A stretch of DNA of 39,088 nucleotides from Novosphingobium sp. GTDB lineage: Bacteria; Pseudomonadota; Alphaproteobacteria; Sphingomonadales; Sphingomonadaceae. The translations under genes and the position numbers were made by a program. This document shows, piece after piece, positions 8,757 through 17,205 of the stretch (the stretch's first letter is position 1; each line of letters begins with the position of its first letter). Location of the stretch: assembly GCA_035563755.1 (NCBI GenBank), contig DATMUT010000043.1, positions 1-39,088 on the forward strand, read 5' to 3'. Below the pieces are notes generated by a model. The model saw nothing but the letters and a program-made list of their open reading frames with translations, searched no databases and had not been told where the DNA came from.

Positions 8757-10553
8757 TTGGCAAAACTGCGCAGGCTGGGCACTTTGTGCGCCGCAGCAAT
8801 GTTGGTTGCGTATAGCTATTCACCCTCATACGCAAACGACGAGCTTGTCACTTTGCAACAGGACGCCAACCAGTGGGCGATGCCACTGGGCAACTACAGC
8901 AGTACAAGATACAGTACGCTTTCCCAGATCAACAACAGCAACGCACGCAATCTTCGCGTCGCCTGGACATTCTCTACCGGCGTGTTGCGCGGCCACGAAG
9001 GCGGGCCGCTGGTCATTGGCGACATCATGTATGTCCACACACCCTTCCCCAACAAGGTCTTCGCGCTCGATCTGAACCGCAATGGCGCCATCTTGTGGAG
9101 CTATGAGCCGCGGCAGGACAGCAACGTCATTGGCGTGATGTGCTGCGACACGGTCAACCGGGGCGTCGCCTATGCCAAGGGCAAGATCTTCCTGCACCAG
9201 GCCGACACCACGCTGGTCGCGCTCGACGCGAAAACCGGCAAGGTGGTGTGGAGCGCCAAGGACGGCGACCCGGCCACCGGCGAGACCGGCACCGGCGCGC
9301 CCACCATTGCGGGCGATTATGTGATCATCGGCAATTCGGGCGGTGAATATGGCGTGCGCGGCAATCTGGCCGCCTATGACATGAACACCGGCAAGCTGGC
9401 CTGGCGCGCCTATTCGCAAGGGCCCGACAGCGACACGCTGATGAATGCGCAAAAGACCACGCACATGGGCAAGCCCGTGGGCAAGGACTCGGGCCTGGCC
9501 GGGTGGAAGGGCGACCAGTGGAAGCGCGGCGGCGGCACCACCTGGGGCTGGACCAGCTATGATCCGGCCAGCCAGACCATCTATTACGGATCGGGCAACC
9601 CGGGCACATGGAACCCGGTGCAGCGCCCCGGCAACAACCGCTGGTCGATGACGATCTGGGCGCGTGACCTGAAAACAGGCATGGCCAAGTGGGTCTATCA
9701 GATGACCCCGCATGACGAGTGGGATTACGACGGCGTCAACGAGATGGTGCTGGTCGACCGCGAGTGGAAGGGCAAGCCGCGCAAGCTGCTGGTCCACTTC
9801 GACCGCAACGGCTTTGCCTATGTGCTCGACCGCACCAGCGGCGAATTGCTGGGCGCCGAAAAATACGACCCGGCGGTCAACTGGGCCTCATCGATCGACC
9901 TGAAGACAGGCGAGCCGGTGCGCGTGGCGGCCTATTCGACCGAACATGGCGGCGAGGATGTCTCGACCAAGAACATCTGCCCCGCAGCGCTCGGCTCGAA
10001 AGACCAGCAGCCTGTGTCCTACAGCCCGCAAACCGGCCTGTTCTACATTCCGGGCAACCATGTCTGCATGGATTACGAGCCGACCAAGGTGGCCTATGTC
10101 GCCGGCTCGCCCTATGTGGGGGCCACGCTCTCGATGTACCCGCCCAAGGGCGAGAACAACCTGGGCCGCTTTGTCGCATGGGACCCCATCGCGCAAAAGT
10201 CGGTCTGGGAGGTGAAGGAGCCTTTCTCGGTGTGGAGCGGCCCGCTGGCAACCGCTGGCGGCGTGGTCTTCTATGGCACGATGGATGGCTATCTGAAGGC
10301 GGTCGACGCCAAGACGGGCAATGAGCTGTACAAGTTCAAGACCCCCTCAGGCATCATCGGCAACATCACCACCTACACCCATGGCGGCAAGCAATATGTG
10401 GCCGTGCTGTCGGGCGTGGGCGGCTGGGCGGCCATTGGCATGGCAGCAGGCCTGACGGGCGCCAACGAAGGGCTGGGGGCTGTGGGCGCCTATCGCAGCC
10501 TGTCGCAATACACCAACCTGGGCGGCACGATGACCGTGTTCGAATTGCCCTGA
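8757..10553 (+). CDS. xoxF: Lanthanide-type PQQ-dependent methanol dehydrogenase (XoxF, probably XoxF5-like)
   Basis: Signal peptide, GHEGGPL, vicinal CC in [39 protein letters not shown] (D-x-D with the extra Asp; MxaF has D-x-A), [12 protein letters not shown]. No mxaI follows. TTG start after ggagagg. Confidence 0.92.
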   Translation: MAKLRRLGTLCAAAMLVAYSYSPSYANDELVTLQQDANQWAMPLGNYSSTRYSTLSQINNSNARNLRVAWTFSTGVLRGHEGGPLVIGDIMYVHTPFPNKVFALDLNRNGAILWSYEPRQDSNVIGVMCCDTVNRGVAYAKGKIFLHQADTTLVALDAKTGKVVWSAKDGDPATGETGTGAPTIAGDYVIIGNSGGEYGVRGNLAAYDMNTGKLAWRAYSQGPDSDTLMNAQKTTHMGKPVGKDSGLAGWKGDQWKRGGGTTWGWTSYDPASQTIYYGSGNPGTWNPVQRPGNNRWSMTIWARDLKTGMAKWVYQMTPHDEWDYDGVNEMVLVDREWKGKPRKLLVHFDRNGFAYVLDRTSGELLGAEKYDPAVNWASSIDLKTGEPVRVAAYSTEHGGEDVSTKNICPAALGSKDQQPVSYSPQTGLFYIPGNHVCMDYEPTKVAYVAGSPYVGATLSMYPPKGENNLGRFVAWDPIAQKSVWEVKEPFSVWSGPLATAGGVVFYGTMDGYLKAVDAKTGNELYKFKTPSGIIGNITTYTHGGKQYVAVLSGVGGWAAIGMAAGLTGANEGLGAVGAYRSLSQYTNLGGTMTVFELP

Positions 10554-10594
10554 CAACACTCACCCCCGCACCAACGGGTGATGAGGAGGACAGA

Positions 10595-11077
10595 ATGATC
10601 AGACTGAACGGGCGCGTGGCGGCAATTGCCGCCAGCGCCTTGCTTTTCGCCACGCTGCTTTCGACCGGCGGGGCCACCGCGCAAACCGCCCCGGCCGCTG
10701 CCGCGCCGCCCGCCGCGTCGCCTGGCTCTGGCCCCGACAGCTGGGCCGCCTTTAGCGGGTGGAAACGCTATCACGGCAATTGCTCGACCTGCCACGGGCC
10801 GGACGGGCTTGGCGGCACCTTTGCCCCCAGCCTTGTCGACTCGCTCAAGACGCTCGACCATGACCAGTTTCTGGCAACGGTGGTGAACGGCAAGAAAGAC
10901 AAGAACCTGACGATGCCCGCCTTTGGCGTCGACCCCAATGTGATGTGCTATGTCGAGGACATCTACACCTATCTGAAGCTGCGCTCGGACGGGAAGATGG
11001 ACCGCGGCCGCCCGGCCAACACGCCAACCAAACCCAAGGATGTGGCGGAGGCGGAAACCGCGTGCATGGGCGTTTGA
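10595..11077 (+). CDS. xoxG: Periplasmic c-type cytochrome, XoxG/cytochrome c553i-like electron acceptor
   Basis: Signal peptide, GWKRYHGNCSTCHGPDGLG (CxxCH), MPAFG..PNVMCY. Directly after xoxF. Confidence 0.75.
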   Translation: MIRLNGRVAAIAASALLFATLLSTGGATAQTAPAAAAPPAASPGSGPDSWAAFSGWKRYHGNCSTCHGPDGLGGTFAPSLVDSLKTLDHDQFLATVVNGKKDKNLTMPAFGVDPNVMCYVEDIYTYLKLRSDGKMDRGRPANTPTKPKDVAEAETACMGV

Positions 11078-11922
11078 GCGGGCGTTTGCGCGGACGTTTG
11101 GCCCCTGCGCTGGCGATGGCCTTTGCGGCGGGCGTTATCGCGGGGCAGGCCGCGCAGGCGCAGCCGGTCGAGATCATCGACCGCAGCGCGCTGCGCGTCT
11201 GCGCCGACCCTGCCGCCCTGCCCTTTTCCAGCCAGGACGGCACGGGGTTTGAAAACCGCATCGCCGCCCTGTTCGCGCAGGAACTGGGCGTGCCGGTGCG
11301 CTACACCTGGTTTCCCAACACGATGGGCTTTTACCGCCGCACGCTCAATGTGCGGGCCTGCGATGTGGTGATTGGCGCGCCGGCCGAAATGGAAATGGCC
11401 CAGCCCACCGCCCCCTATTACCGATCGACATTCGTGCTGGTCACGCGCAGCGCCGACCATCTGGCCCTGCGCGATCTGGCCGACCCGGCGCTGGCGGGCA
11501 AGCGCATTGGCGCGCAGGCCCGCACGCCGCCCGGCGACCTGCTGGTGCGCCACGGCCTGGCCGACAATCTGCACGCCTATGACCTGATGGTCGACAGCCG
11601 CGTCAGCTCGATCGGCCGCCAGATGGCCGAGGACCTGCTGGCCAACCGCATCGATGTGGCCATCATGTGGGGGCCGGTGGCCGCCTATCAGGCAGGGCAG
11701 CACCCCGGCCAGCTGGCGATGCAACCGCTGGGCGAGGCGCAGGAAGGCGTGCAGATGGGCTTTGGCATAGCCATGGCCGTGCGCCGGGGCGAACCGCGCT
11801 GGCGCGCGCAGGTCGAGAGCTTTCTGGCCAGCCACCGCCCGCAGATCGAGGCCATCCTGCGCGAGGCGCATGTGCCCCTGTTGCCCCTTGAACCGGCCCC
11901 CACAGCGGAGACGCAGCCATGA
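11074..11922 (+). CDS. xoxJ: XoxJ/MxaJ-like periplasmic binding-protein fold
   Basis: LRVCADPAALPFS...GFENRIA...YTWFP...CDVVIG...PYYRSTF...IMWGP. TTG start overlaps the cytochrome stop (TTGA). Confidence 0.8.
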   Translation: MSGRLRGRLAPALAMAFAAGVIAGQAAQAQPVEIIDRSALRVCADPAALPFSSQDGTGFENRIAALFAQELGVPVRYTWFPNTMGFYRRTLNVRACDVVIGAPAEMEMAQPTAPYYRSTFVLVTRSADHLALRDLADPALAGKRIGAQARTPPGDLLVRHGLADNLHAYDLMVDSRVSSIGRQMAEDLLANRIDVAIMWGPVAAYQAGQHPGQLAMQPLGEAQEGVQMGFGIAMAVRRGEPRWRAQVESFLASHRPQIEAILREAHVPLLPLEPAPTAETQP

Positions 11923-12260
11923 TCGCCGCCCTTGTCCTGCTGACCGCCGCCGCAGCAGCCGACGCGCCCCAGCAATTGCCCTCACCCACCGGCTACCCCA
12001 CCGAGGCGCTGGCCGATTACGTGATCGGCTGCATGGCCGCCAACGGGCAGACGCAGGACAATCTGCGCCGCTGCTCATGCAGCATTAACACGATCGCCTC
12101 CATCCTGCCTTACGACGACTATGTGAAGGCCGAGACGGTGATCGGCATGCGCGCCCAGGCCGGAGAACGCGCCTCGCTGTTCAGCGACGTCCCGCAATTG
12201 CGCGCCATGGCCCAGAAACTGCGCGAGGCGCAGGTCGAGGCCGATTTCCGATGCTTTTGA
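11919..12260 (+). CDS. Small exported Cys-containing conserved hypothetical protein of PQQ-dehydrogenase clusters
   Basis: Signal peptide, YPTEALADYVIGCMAANG...CSCSIN...C-terminal RCF. ATGA overlap with xoxJ. Confidence 0.75.
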   Translation: MIAALVLLTAAAAADAPQQLPSPTGYPTEALADYVIGCMAANGQTQDNLRRCSCSINTIASILPYDDYVKAETVIGMRAQAGERASLFSDVPQLRAMAQKLREAQVEADFRCF

Positions 12261-12282
12261 ACAAAAACACAGGAGAGAGTTG

Positions 12283-12672
12283 ATGCCCCACCCCCTCAAA
12301 GGCCCCTCGCTGCTGGCCGGCCTTGCCCTGGCAGGCGCGCTGGCGCTGCCCCAGCAGGCTGCCGCCGCCGGCGATCCGGCCGCGGGCAAGGTCATTTTCG
12401 CCAAATGCGCCGCCTGCCACTCGGCCAAGGCGGGCGAGAACCGCGTTGGCCCCAGCCTGTTTGGCGTGGTCGGGCGCAAGGCGGGCTCGCTGCCCGACTA
12501 CACCTATTCGCCTGCCATGAAGGCCAGCGGTCTGACCTGGACCACGGCCGAGCTTGACGCCTATCTGGCCAATCCGCGCCAGAAGCTGCCGGGCATCAAG
12601 ATGATCTTTGCCGGCATTCCGGCCGAAGCCGACCGCGTCAACCTGATCGCCTATCTGGCCACGCTGAAATGA
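12283..12672 (+). CDS. Class I cytochrome c (c2-like)
   Basis: AGDPAAGKVIFAKCAACH...VGPSLFGVVGRKAGS...PGIKMIFAG. RBS aggagag; alternative TTG start at 12280. Confidence 0.9.
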   Translation: MPHPLKGPSLLAGLALAGALALPQQAAAAGDPAAGKVIFAKCAACHSAKAGENRVGPSLFGVVGRKAGSLPDYTYSPAMKASGLTWTTAELDAYLANPRQKLPGIKMIFAGIPAEADRVNLIAYLATLK

Positions 12673-14291
12673 GGTTGCGCCTTGGCGCGTTGCTGCTGGC
12701 CCTGTGTGCGGGCGGGGGCAACGCGGCGGCGGCGGCGGGTGCGCCGGCCTCTCAGCCTGCACCGCCGGCGGGCTGGCCCTGCGGCGCCCCCGCGCCTGCC
12801 GCGCCCGATGGCACATGGCTGTGGGCGGGCGCTGCCTATAGCCCCGACTGGCGCAACGATGCCGCCATCGCCGATCTGGCCAGCGCGATTGCCCGCCGCG
12901 CCATGCCCGAGGCCGAGGCCACAAACCGCATCTCGGCCTTTGCCGCAAGGCAGGCCAACCCGCGCGCGGCCATGGCGCTGCTGGCCTCGGGGCTGGTCGA
13001 CACGATGGGGGCCGAATTGCGCCTTGTCGTGGGGGGCATAGGCCGGTTCAACGCGCGCCAGGCGCAACTGGCCCGGCGCATCGAGGCCGGCTATGGCCAG
13101 AGCGACCGGCTGGGCGATACCGCCAGCACCAGCGCCGAACTGCAGGACCAGATCCGCTGGGACACCGAGATCTTCGAGGACCGGCAGCGGCTTTTACCCA
13201 CCATGTGCCGCATTCCCGGCGCGCTGACCCGGCGGCTGGGGGTGCTGCTGGCCGCCGCGCGCAATGCCGCAGGTGTTGCCGCCAGCGATGCCGGCTTCCT
13301 GCTGTATGCCACCAACGAAACCGCCGGCGATATCAGCATCATCGACCCGGCGCGGCAGGTCGAGATTGGCCGCATCGCCATTGGCAAGCGCCCGCGCGGG
13401 CTGGTGGCCAGCCCCGATCACACCACGCTTTACGTGGCCGTCAGCGGGTCGCCCATAGGCGGGCCGGGGGTGGATGAAAGCACCCTGCCCCCGCCCGACA
13501 AGGCGGCCGATGGCATTGTCGTGCTGGATCTGGCCACACGGCGGATCGTGCGTACGCTACGCGGCGTGTCCGACCCCGAACAGGTGGCCATCAGCCCCGA
13601 TGGCAAGCGCCTGTATGTCTCGAGCGAGGATGCCGGGCAATTGCTCACCCTCGACACGCAGGGCAACATATTGGCGCGCCTGTCGGTGGGCAGCCAGCCC
13701 GAGGGCGTGGCCGTCTCGCCCGATGGCACCACCTTGCTGGCCACCTCGGAAGAGGACAACAAGGTGACGGTGATAAGCCTTGCGGACAGGGGGAGCGGCG
13801 CGGGCGGGGCGATTGCCGGCACGCTGCCGGTGGGCGATCGGCCGCGCAACAGCGCCTTTCTGGGCGGCGGGCGAGCTGTTGTGGCGGGCGAATTCGGCGC
13901 CTCGCTCACGCTGATCGACACTGGCAAGGGTGCGCGCCCGCGCGTGCTGCGCACCATCCGCCTGAGCGCCGAGGAGCGGCCCATGGCGATCAGGAACGGC
14001 GCCGGGCCGGTGATTTACGTGACCACCGGGCGCGGCGGAAAGCTGCTGAAAATCGACACGGGCGACGCGGCGGCGGCGGCCCCTATCCTCGCCTCGGCCA
14101 GCGTGGGCGAGCGGCCCTGGGGGCTGGCGCTCTCGCCCGATGGCACCGCCGCCTTTACCGCCAACGGGCCGGGCGATGATGTGACCGCGATCGACCTGCG
14201 CAACATGCGCGTGACGGGCAAGATCACCTCGGCCGGCAGCCCGTGGGGGCTGGCGGTGGTGCCCACCCGCCCGCTGCAGGCCGCGCGCTAG
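12669..14291 (+). CDS. Exported two-domain protein: helical WPC...C domain fused to a YVTN-type beta-propeller
   Basis: N-terminal GWPC...DWRND...WDTEIFEDR...MCRIP. C-terminal repeats LYATNE, GKRPRGL..SPD, PEQVAISPDG, PEGVAVSPDG, PWGLALSPDG. One continuous frame, ATGA overlap with the cytochrome. Confidence 0.8.
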   Translation: MRLRLGALLLALCAGGGNAAAAAGAPASQPAPPAGWPCGAPAPAAPDGTWLWAGAAYSPDWRNDAAIADLASAIARRAMPEAEATNRISAFAARQANPRAAMALLASGLVDTMGAELRLVVGGIGRFNARQAQLARRIEAGYGQSDRLGDTASTSAELQDQIRWDTEIFEDRQRLLPTMCRIPGALTRRLGVLLAAARNAAGVAASDAGFLLYATNETAGDISIIDPARQVEIGRIAIGKRPRGLVASPDHTTLYVAVSGSPIGGPGVDESTLPPPDKAADGIVVLDLATRRIVRTLRGVSDPEQVAISPDGKRLYVSSEDAGQLLTLDTQGNILARLSVGSQPEGVAVSPDGTTLLATSEEDNKVTVISLADRGSGAGGAIAGTLPVGDRPRNSAFLGGGRAVVAGEFGASLTLIDTGKGARPRVLRTIRLSAEERPMAIRNGAGPVIYVTTGRGGKLLKIDTGDAAAAAPILASASVGERPWGLALSPDGTAAFTANGPGDDVTAIDLRNMRVTGKITSAGSPWGLAVVPTRPLQAAR

Positions 14292-14309
14292 CCCCCCGTT
14301 AGCCGCGCG

Positions 14310-14663
14310 CTAGCCTCGGGCCAGCACGCGCTCTTGCAGCAGGGTGCGAAAGTCGCGCCGCGCATCGGCAATCAGCATGACGGTTACGGTGGGCATCCCG
14401 CCCTCGGCATGGGGCCAATAGATGATGCGCCAGGGCGGCAGCGACAATTGCCGGTAGTCGCGAATGGCCAGCGCTTCCAGCTCGGGCGGAACGGGGCCTT
14501 TGGCGGGGTGGTCGGCCAGCTTCTCGATCGCGTCGACCAGGCGCAGCAGCAGCGCTTCGGCGCCGTCGCTGCCCCCCGGCCCGCGCTGGGCCATGCGGCG
14601 CCTGTAGATGCCGGCCAGATCCTGCTCGGCGCCGGCCGTCAGGCGTACTTGCGCGCGGGTCAT
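14310..14663 (-). CDS. Type II toxin, RelE/ParE family
   Basis: VRLTAGAEQDLAGI...IEKLADHPAKG..PPEL...YRQL...WRIIY...IADARRD. Confidence 0.85.
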   Translation of the reverse strand: MTRAQVRLTAGAEQDLAGIYRRRMAQRGPGGSDGAEALLLRLVDAIEKLADHPAKGPVPPELEALAIRDYRQLSLPPWRIIYWPHAEGGMPTVTVMLIADARRDFRTLLQERVLARG

Positions 14664-14674
14664 AGCCTTGCCGG

Positions 14675-14938
14675 TCAGGCGCCGCGAATGCGCGCGGCCA
14701 GCCCCTCGACCGGCAGGGTGTGGCCGGCGGCCACCTCGGCCCGGCCCAGTGCCAGCAGCTTGAGCAGCGCCAGCGTTTCCTGCGTCGCCTCGTAAGAGCC
14801 AACGTCCTGCAGCACGGCCTTGGCCTCGCCGTTCTGGGTGATGACCAGCGGCGCGGCCCCCTCGCCCAGCTCGCGGATGACCTGCGCGCTATGGGCTTTC
14901 AGGTAGCTGATGGGCTTGATCCGGCTTTCCATGTTCAT
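14675..14938 (-). CDS. Type II antitoxin, Phd/YefM family
   Basis: IKPISYLKAHSAQVI...PLVITQNGEAKAVLQDV. Upstream of the toxin; start 14938 or 14932. Confidence 0.88.
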   Translation of the reverse strand: MNMESRIKPISYLKAHSAQVIRELGEGAAPLVITQNGEAKAVLQDVGSYEATQETLALLKLLALGRAEVAAGHTLPVEGLAARIRGA

Positions 14939-15015
14939 GGCGGCGCTCGCAGGGTTGAATTCGGTTCGAATATAGACCACCGCACCCGCCCTGCGCAAGT
15001 GGCGCCTGCGCGGAC

Positions 15016-15891
15016 CTAGCCCGGCGCCAGCCCCCGCAAAGCCTCGATCATCGCCGCCACCGAGGGGCGCATCCCCTCGTGCGGCAGATACAGCAGCCCG
15101 GCCTGATGCACCAGCGGCATGCCCGACACCGCCAGCGCCACCGCATCCTGCCCGACCAGCCTATGCGCCGGCATCAGCGCCAGGCATTGCTGGCGCAGCA
15201 CCAGCTCGGCCTGCAGCGCCAGATCATCGACCCGCAGCAGGTCGGCCGGCAAACCCTGCCTGCCGGCGGTGAAAAAGCGCACCAGCGCCTCTTGCGCAAA
15301 GGGCCGGTCGATGAGCGCCCAGCGCTGCCCCACCAGATCGGCCCGCGTAAGCCCGCCCCGCCCCGCCAGCGGATGATCGCTGGCCGCATACACGGCCATC
15401 TCGACAGGGCACAATCGCTCGTAGGCCAGCGCCACGCCCATGGCGGCCGGCGGCACCACCGCCACCGCCACATCGGCCACCCCGTCGAGCAGCAGGTCGA
15501 CGCAGCCATCGACAAAGCCCGAGCGCAGCGACACACAGGCCCCCCCCGCCACATGGGCGGCAATGGCCGCGCGCACGGCATGCGCCGGAAACTGCGGGTC
15601 GATGGCCACCACCACCCGGTCGCGCCCGCCGGCCGCGCTCGCGCGGGCGTCCTGCCGGGCGCGCTCGCTGGCCTGCATCATGAAACGGGCGTGCTGATAC
15701 ATGGCCTCGCCGGCCGGCGTTGGCGTCGCGCCGTTGATCCCCCGGTCGAGCAGGCGCACCCCCACGCTGTCCTCGAGCAACTGGATGCTGCGGGTGAGCG
15801 CCGGCTGGGTCAGGCACACTTTCTCGGCCGCGCGCGAAAGCGAGCCCTGTTCGACCACCGCGATGAAATGGCGCAATTGCCGCAAATCCAT
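15016..15891 (-). CDS. LysR-family transcriptional regulator
   Basis: MDLRQLRHFIAVVEQGSLSRAA...TQPALTRSIQLLE. Only the last 291 codons of the 684-aa track ORF are gene-like. Confidence 0.88.
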   Translation of the reverse strand: MDLRQLRHFIAVVEQGSLSRAAEKVCLTQPALTRSIQLLEDSVGVRLLDRGINGATPTPAGEAMYQHARFMMQASERARQDARASAAGGRDRVVVAIDPQFPAHAVRAAIAAHVAGGACVSLRSGFVDGCVDLLLDGVADVAVAVVPPAAMGVALAYERLCPVEMAVYAASDHPLAGRGGLTRADLVGQRWALIDRPFAQEALVRFFTAGRQGLPADLLRVDDLALQAELVLRQQCLALMPAHRLVGQDAVALAVSGMPLVHQAGLLYLPHEGMRPSVAAMIEALRGLAPG

Positions 15892-16086
15892 CCCGCTCGC
15901 CCCGCCGCCTGAGAAGGGGCGATAAATGCCATGCATGGAGGGCAAGATTAAATGCAATTGCCCATTGCCCGCAAGGTGGCCATTCCTGCGCCACCCACTC
16001 ACCCCCCGCGCCGCGCTTTGCGCCAGCCCCGCCAGACCTGCGCGGGGCCATGCCTGCCCTTGCGCGCGCCATGCAGGAAGCTGCCA

Positions 16087-17169
16087 GTGACAATCGAGAT
16101 CAACGGACTGCTGCACCACAATTCGGGCACCGAAATCGCCCCCGTGCCCTTTAACCACTACGACATCGAGGCCATTGCCGCGCAGGCCCGCTGCCACGAC
16201 CAATGGGGCTATGACCGGGTGCTGGTGGCCAATGCCGCCTCGATGCCCGACAATATCTCGACTGCCGGCTATGTGGCCGCCATAACCGAGCGGCTGGGGA
16301 TAATGCTGGCGCACCGGCCCGGCTTTATTGCCCCCACCATGGCCGCCCGCATGGCCGCCACGCTCGATCACCAGCTGGGCGGGCGTTTGGCGGTGCACAT
16401 CATCACCGCTGCCAGCGACATCGAGACGCAGGGCGACGGCGACTATCTGACCAAGGCGCAGCGCTATGACCGCGCGCGCGAATATATCGGCATTTTGCGC
16501 CAGGTGTGGGGCGCTGATGGCCCCATCGACCACGAGGGCAAGTGGTATCGCTTCAACGGGGCGGCATCGGCCATCCGGCCCACGGGCGCGACCATTCCCA
16601 TCTGCTTTGGCGGCCTGTCGGACGATGCGATTGCCGTGGGCGCGCACTGCGCCGACGTGTTCGCAACGCTGAGCGACACGGTGGCGGGCATGAGCGAGAT
16701 TGTGGGCAAGGTGCGCGCGGCGGCGCCTGCGGGCAAGGCGCCCCGCTTCCTCATGTCGATCCGCCTGGTGCTGGGCGAGAGCGAGGGTCAGGCCTGGGAC
16801 GCGGCCGCTGCCATCGAGGCGCGCATCCGCGAACTGACCCCGCCCCCGCCGGCCAATGCCGCCGCCCCCACCGCCGCCGGCTTTCAGCGCACCGCGGCGC
16901 TGGCGCAAACCGGCGACCGGCTGGAAAAATGCTTCTGGAACGGCATCAATCGCCTGCGCGGCGGGCAAAGCAACAGCGGCACGCTGGTGGGCACGCCCGA
17001 CCAGCTGGTCGACACGCTGATGGACTATTACCGCGCGGGCGTGACCGGCTTCATCCTGCGCGGCTATCACGGCCTGGCCGACATCGAGCGGATTGGCCGC
17101 GAGCTGATGCCTGCCCTGCGCGCGGCAGCGGCGCAGGAAGATGCCCGCCTTCAGGCCCCCGTTGCCTGA
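16087..17169 (+). CDS. Luciferase-like (LLM) flavin-dependent monooxygenase, SsuD-related
   Basis: GYDRVLV, MLAHRPGFIAPTMAAR.AATLD, GRLAVHII, HEGKWY, FGGLS, LVGTPDQ. GTG start after aggaag; divergent from the LysR. Confidence 0.85.
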   Translation: MTIEINGLLHHNSGTEIAPVPFNHYDIEAIAAQARCHDQWGYDRVLVANAASMPDNISTAGYVAAITERLGIMLAHRPGFIAPTMAARMAATLDHQLGGRLAVHIITAASDIETQGDGDYLTKAQRYDRAREYIGILRQVWGADGPIDHEGKWYRFNGAASAIRPTGATIPICFGGLSDDAIAVGAHCADVFATLSDTVAGMSEIVGKVRAAAPAGKAPRFLMSIRLVLGESEGQAWDAAAAIEARIRELTPPPPANAAAPTAAGFQRTAALAQTGDRLEKCFWNGINRLRGGQSNSGTLVGTPDQLVDTLMDYYRAGVTGFILRGYHGLADIERIGRELMPALRAAAAQEDARLQAPVA

Positions 17170-17205
17170 CGGCGGGGCCTGAAGGCTCGACTTAACGGCG
17201 CGCGC

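Noticed and set aside
8757-10553. Calcium-dependent MxaF call
   Set aside because: The active site reads WDYDG rather than WDYAG, and no mxaI or mxaACKL genes follow.
15892-17070. Apparent 390-aa N-terminal extension of the LysR (684-aa ORF)
   Set aside because: Antisense to the LLM gene. The LysR HTH begins at MDLRQL (15891), so this is not a fusion.
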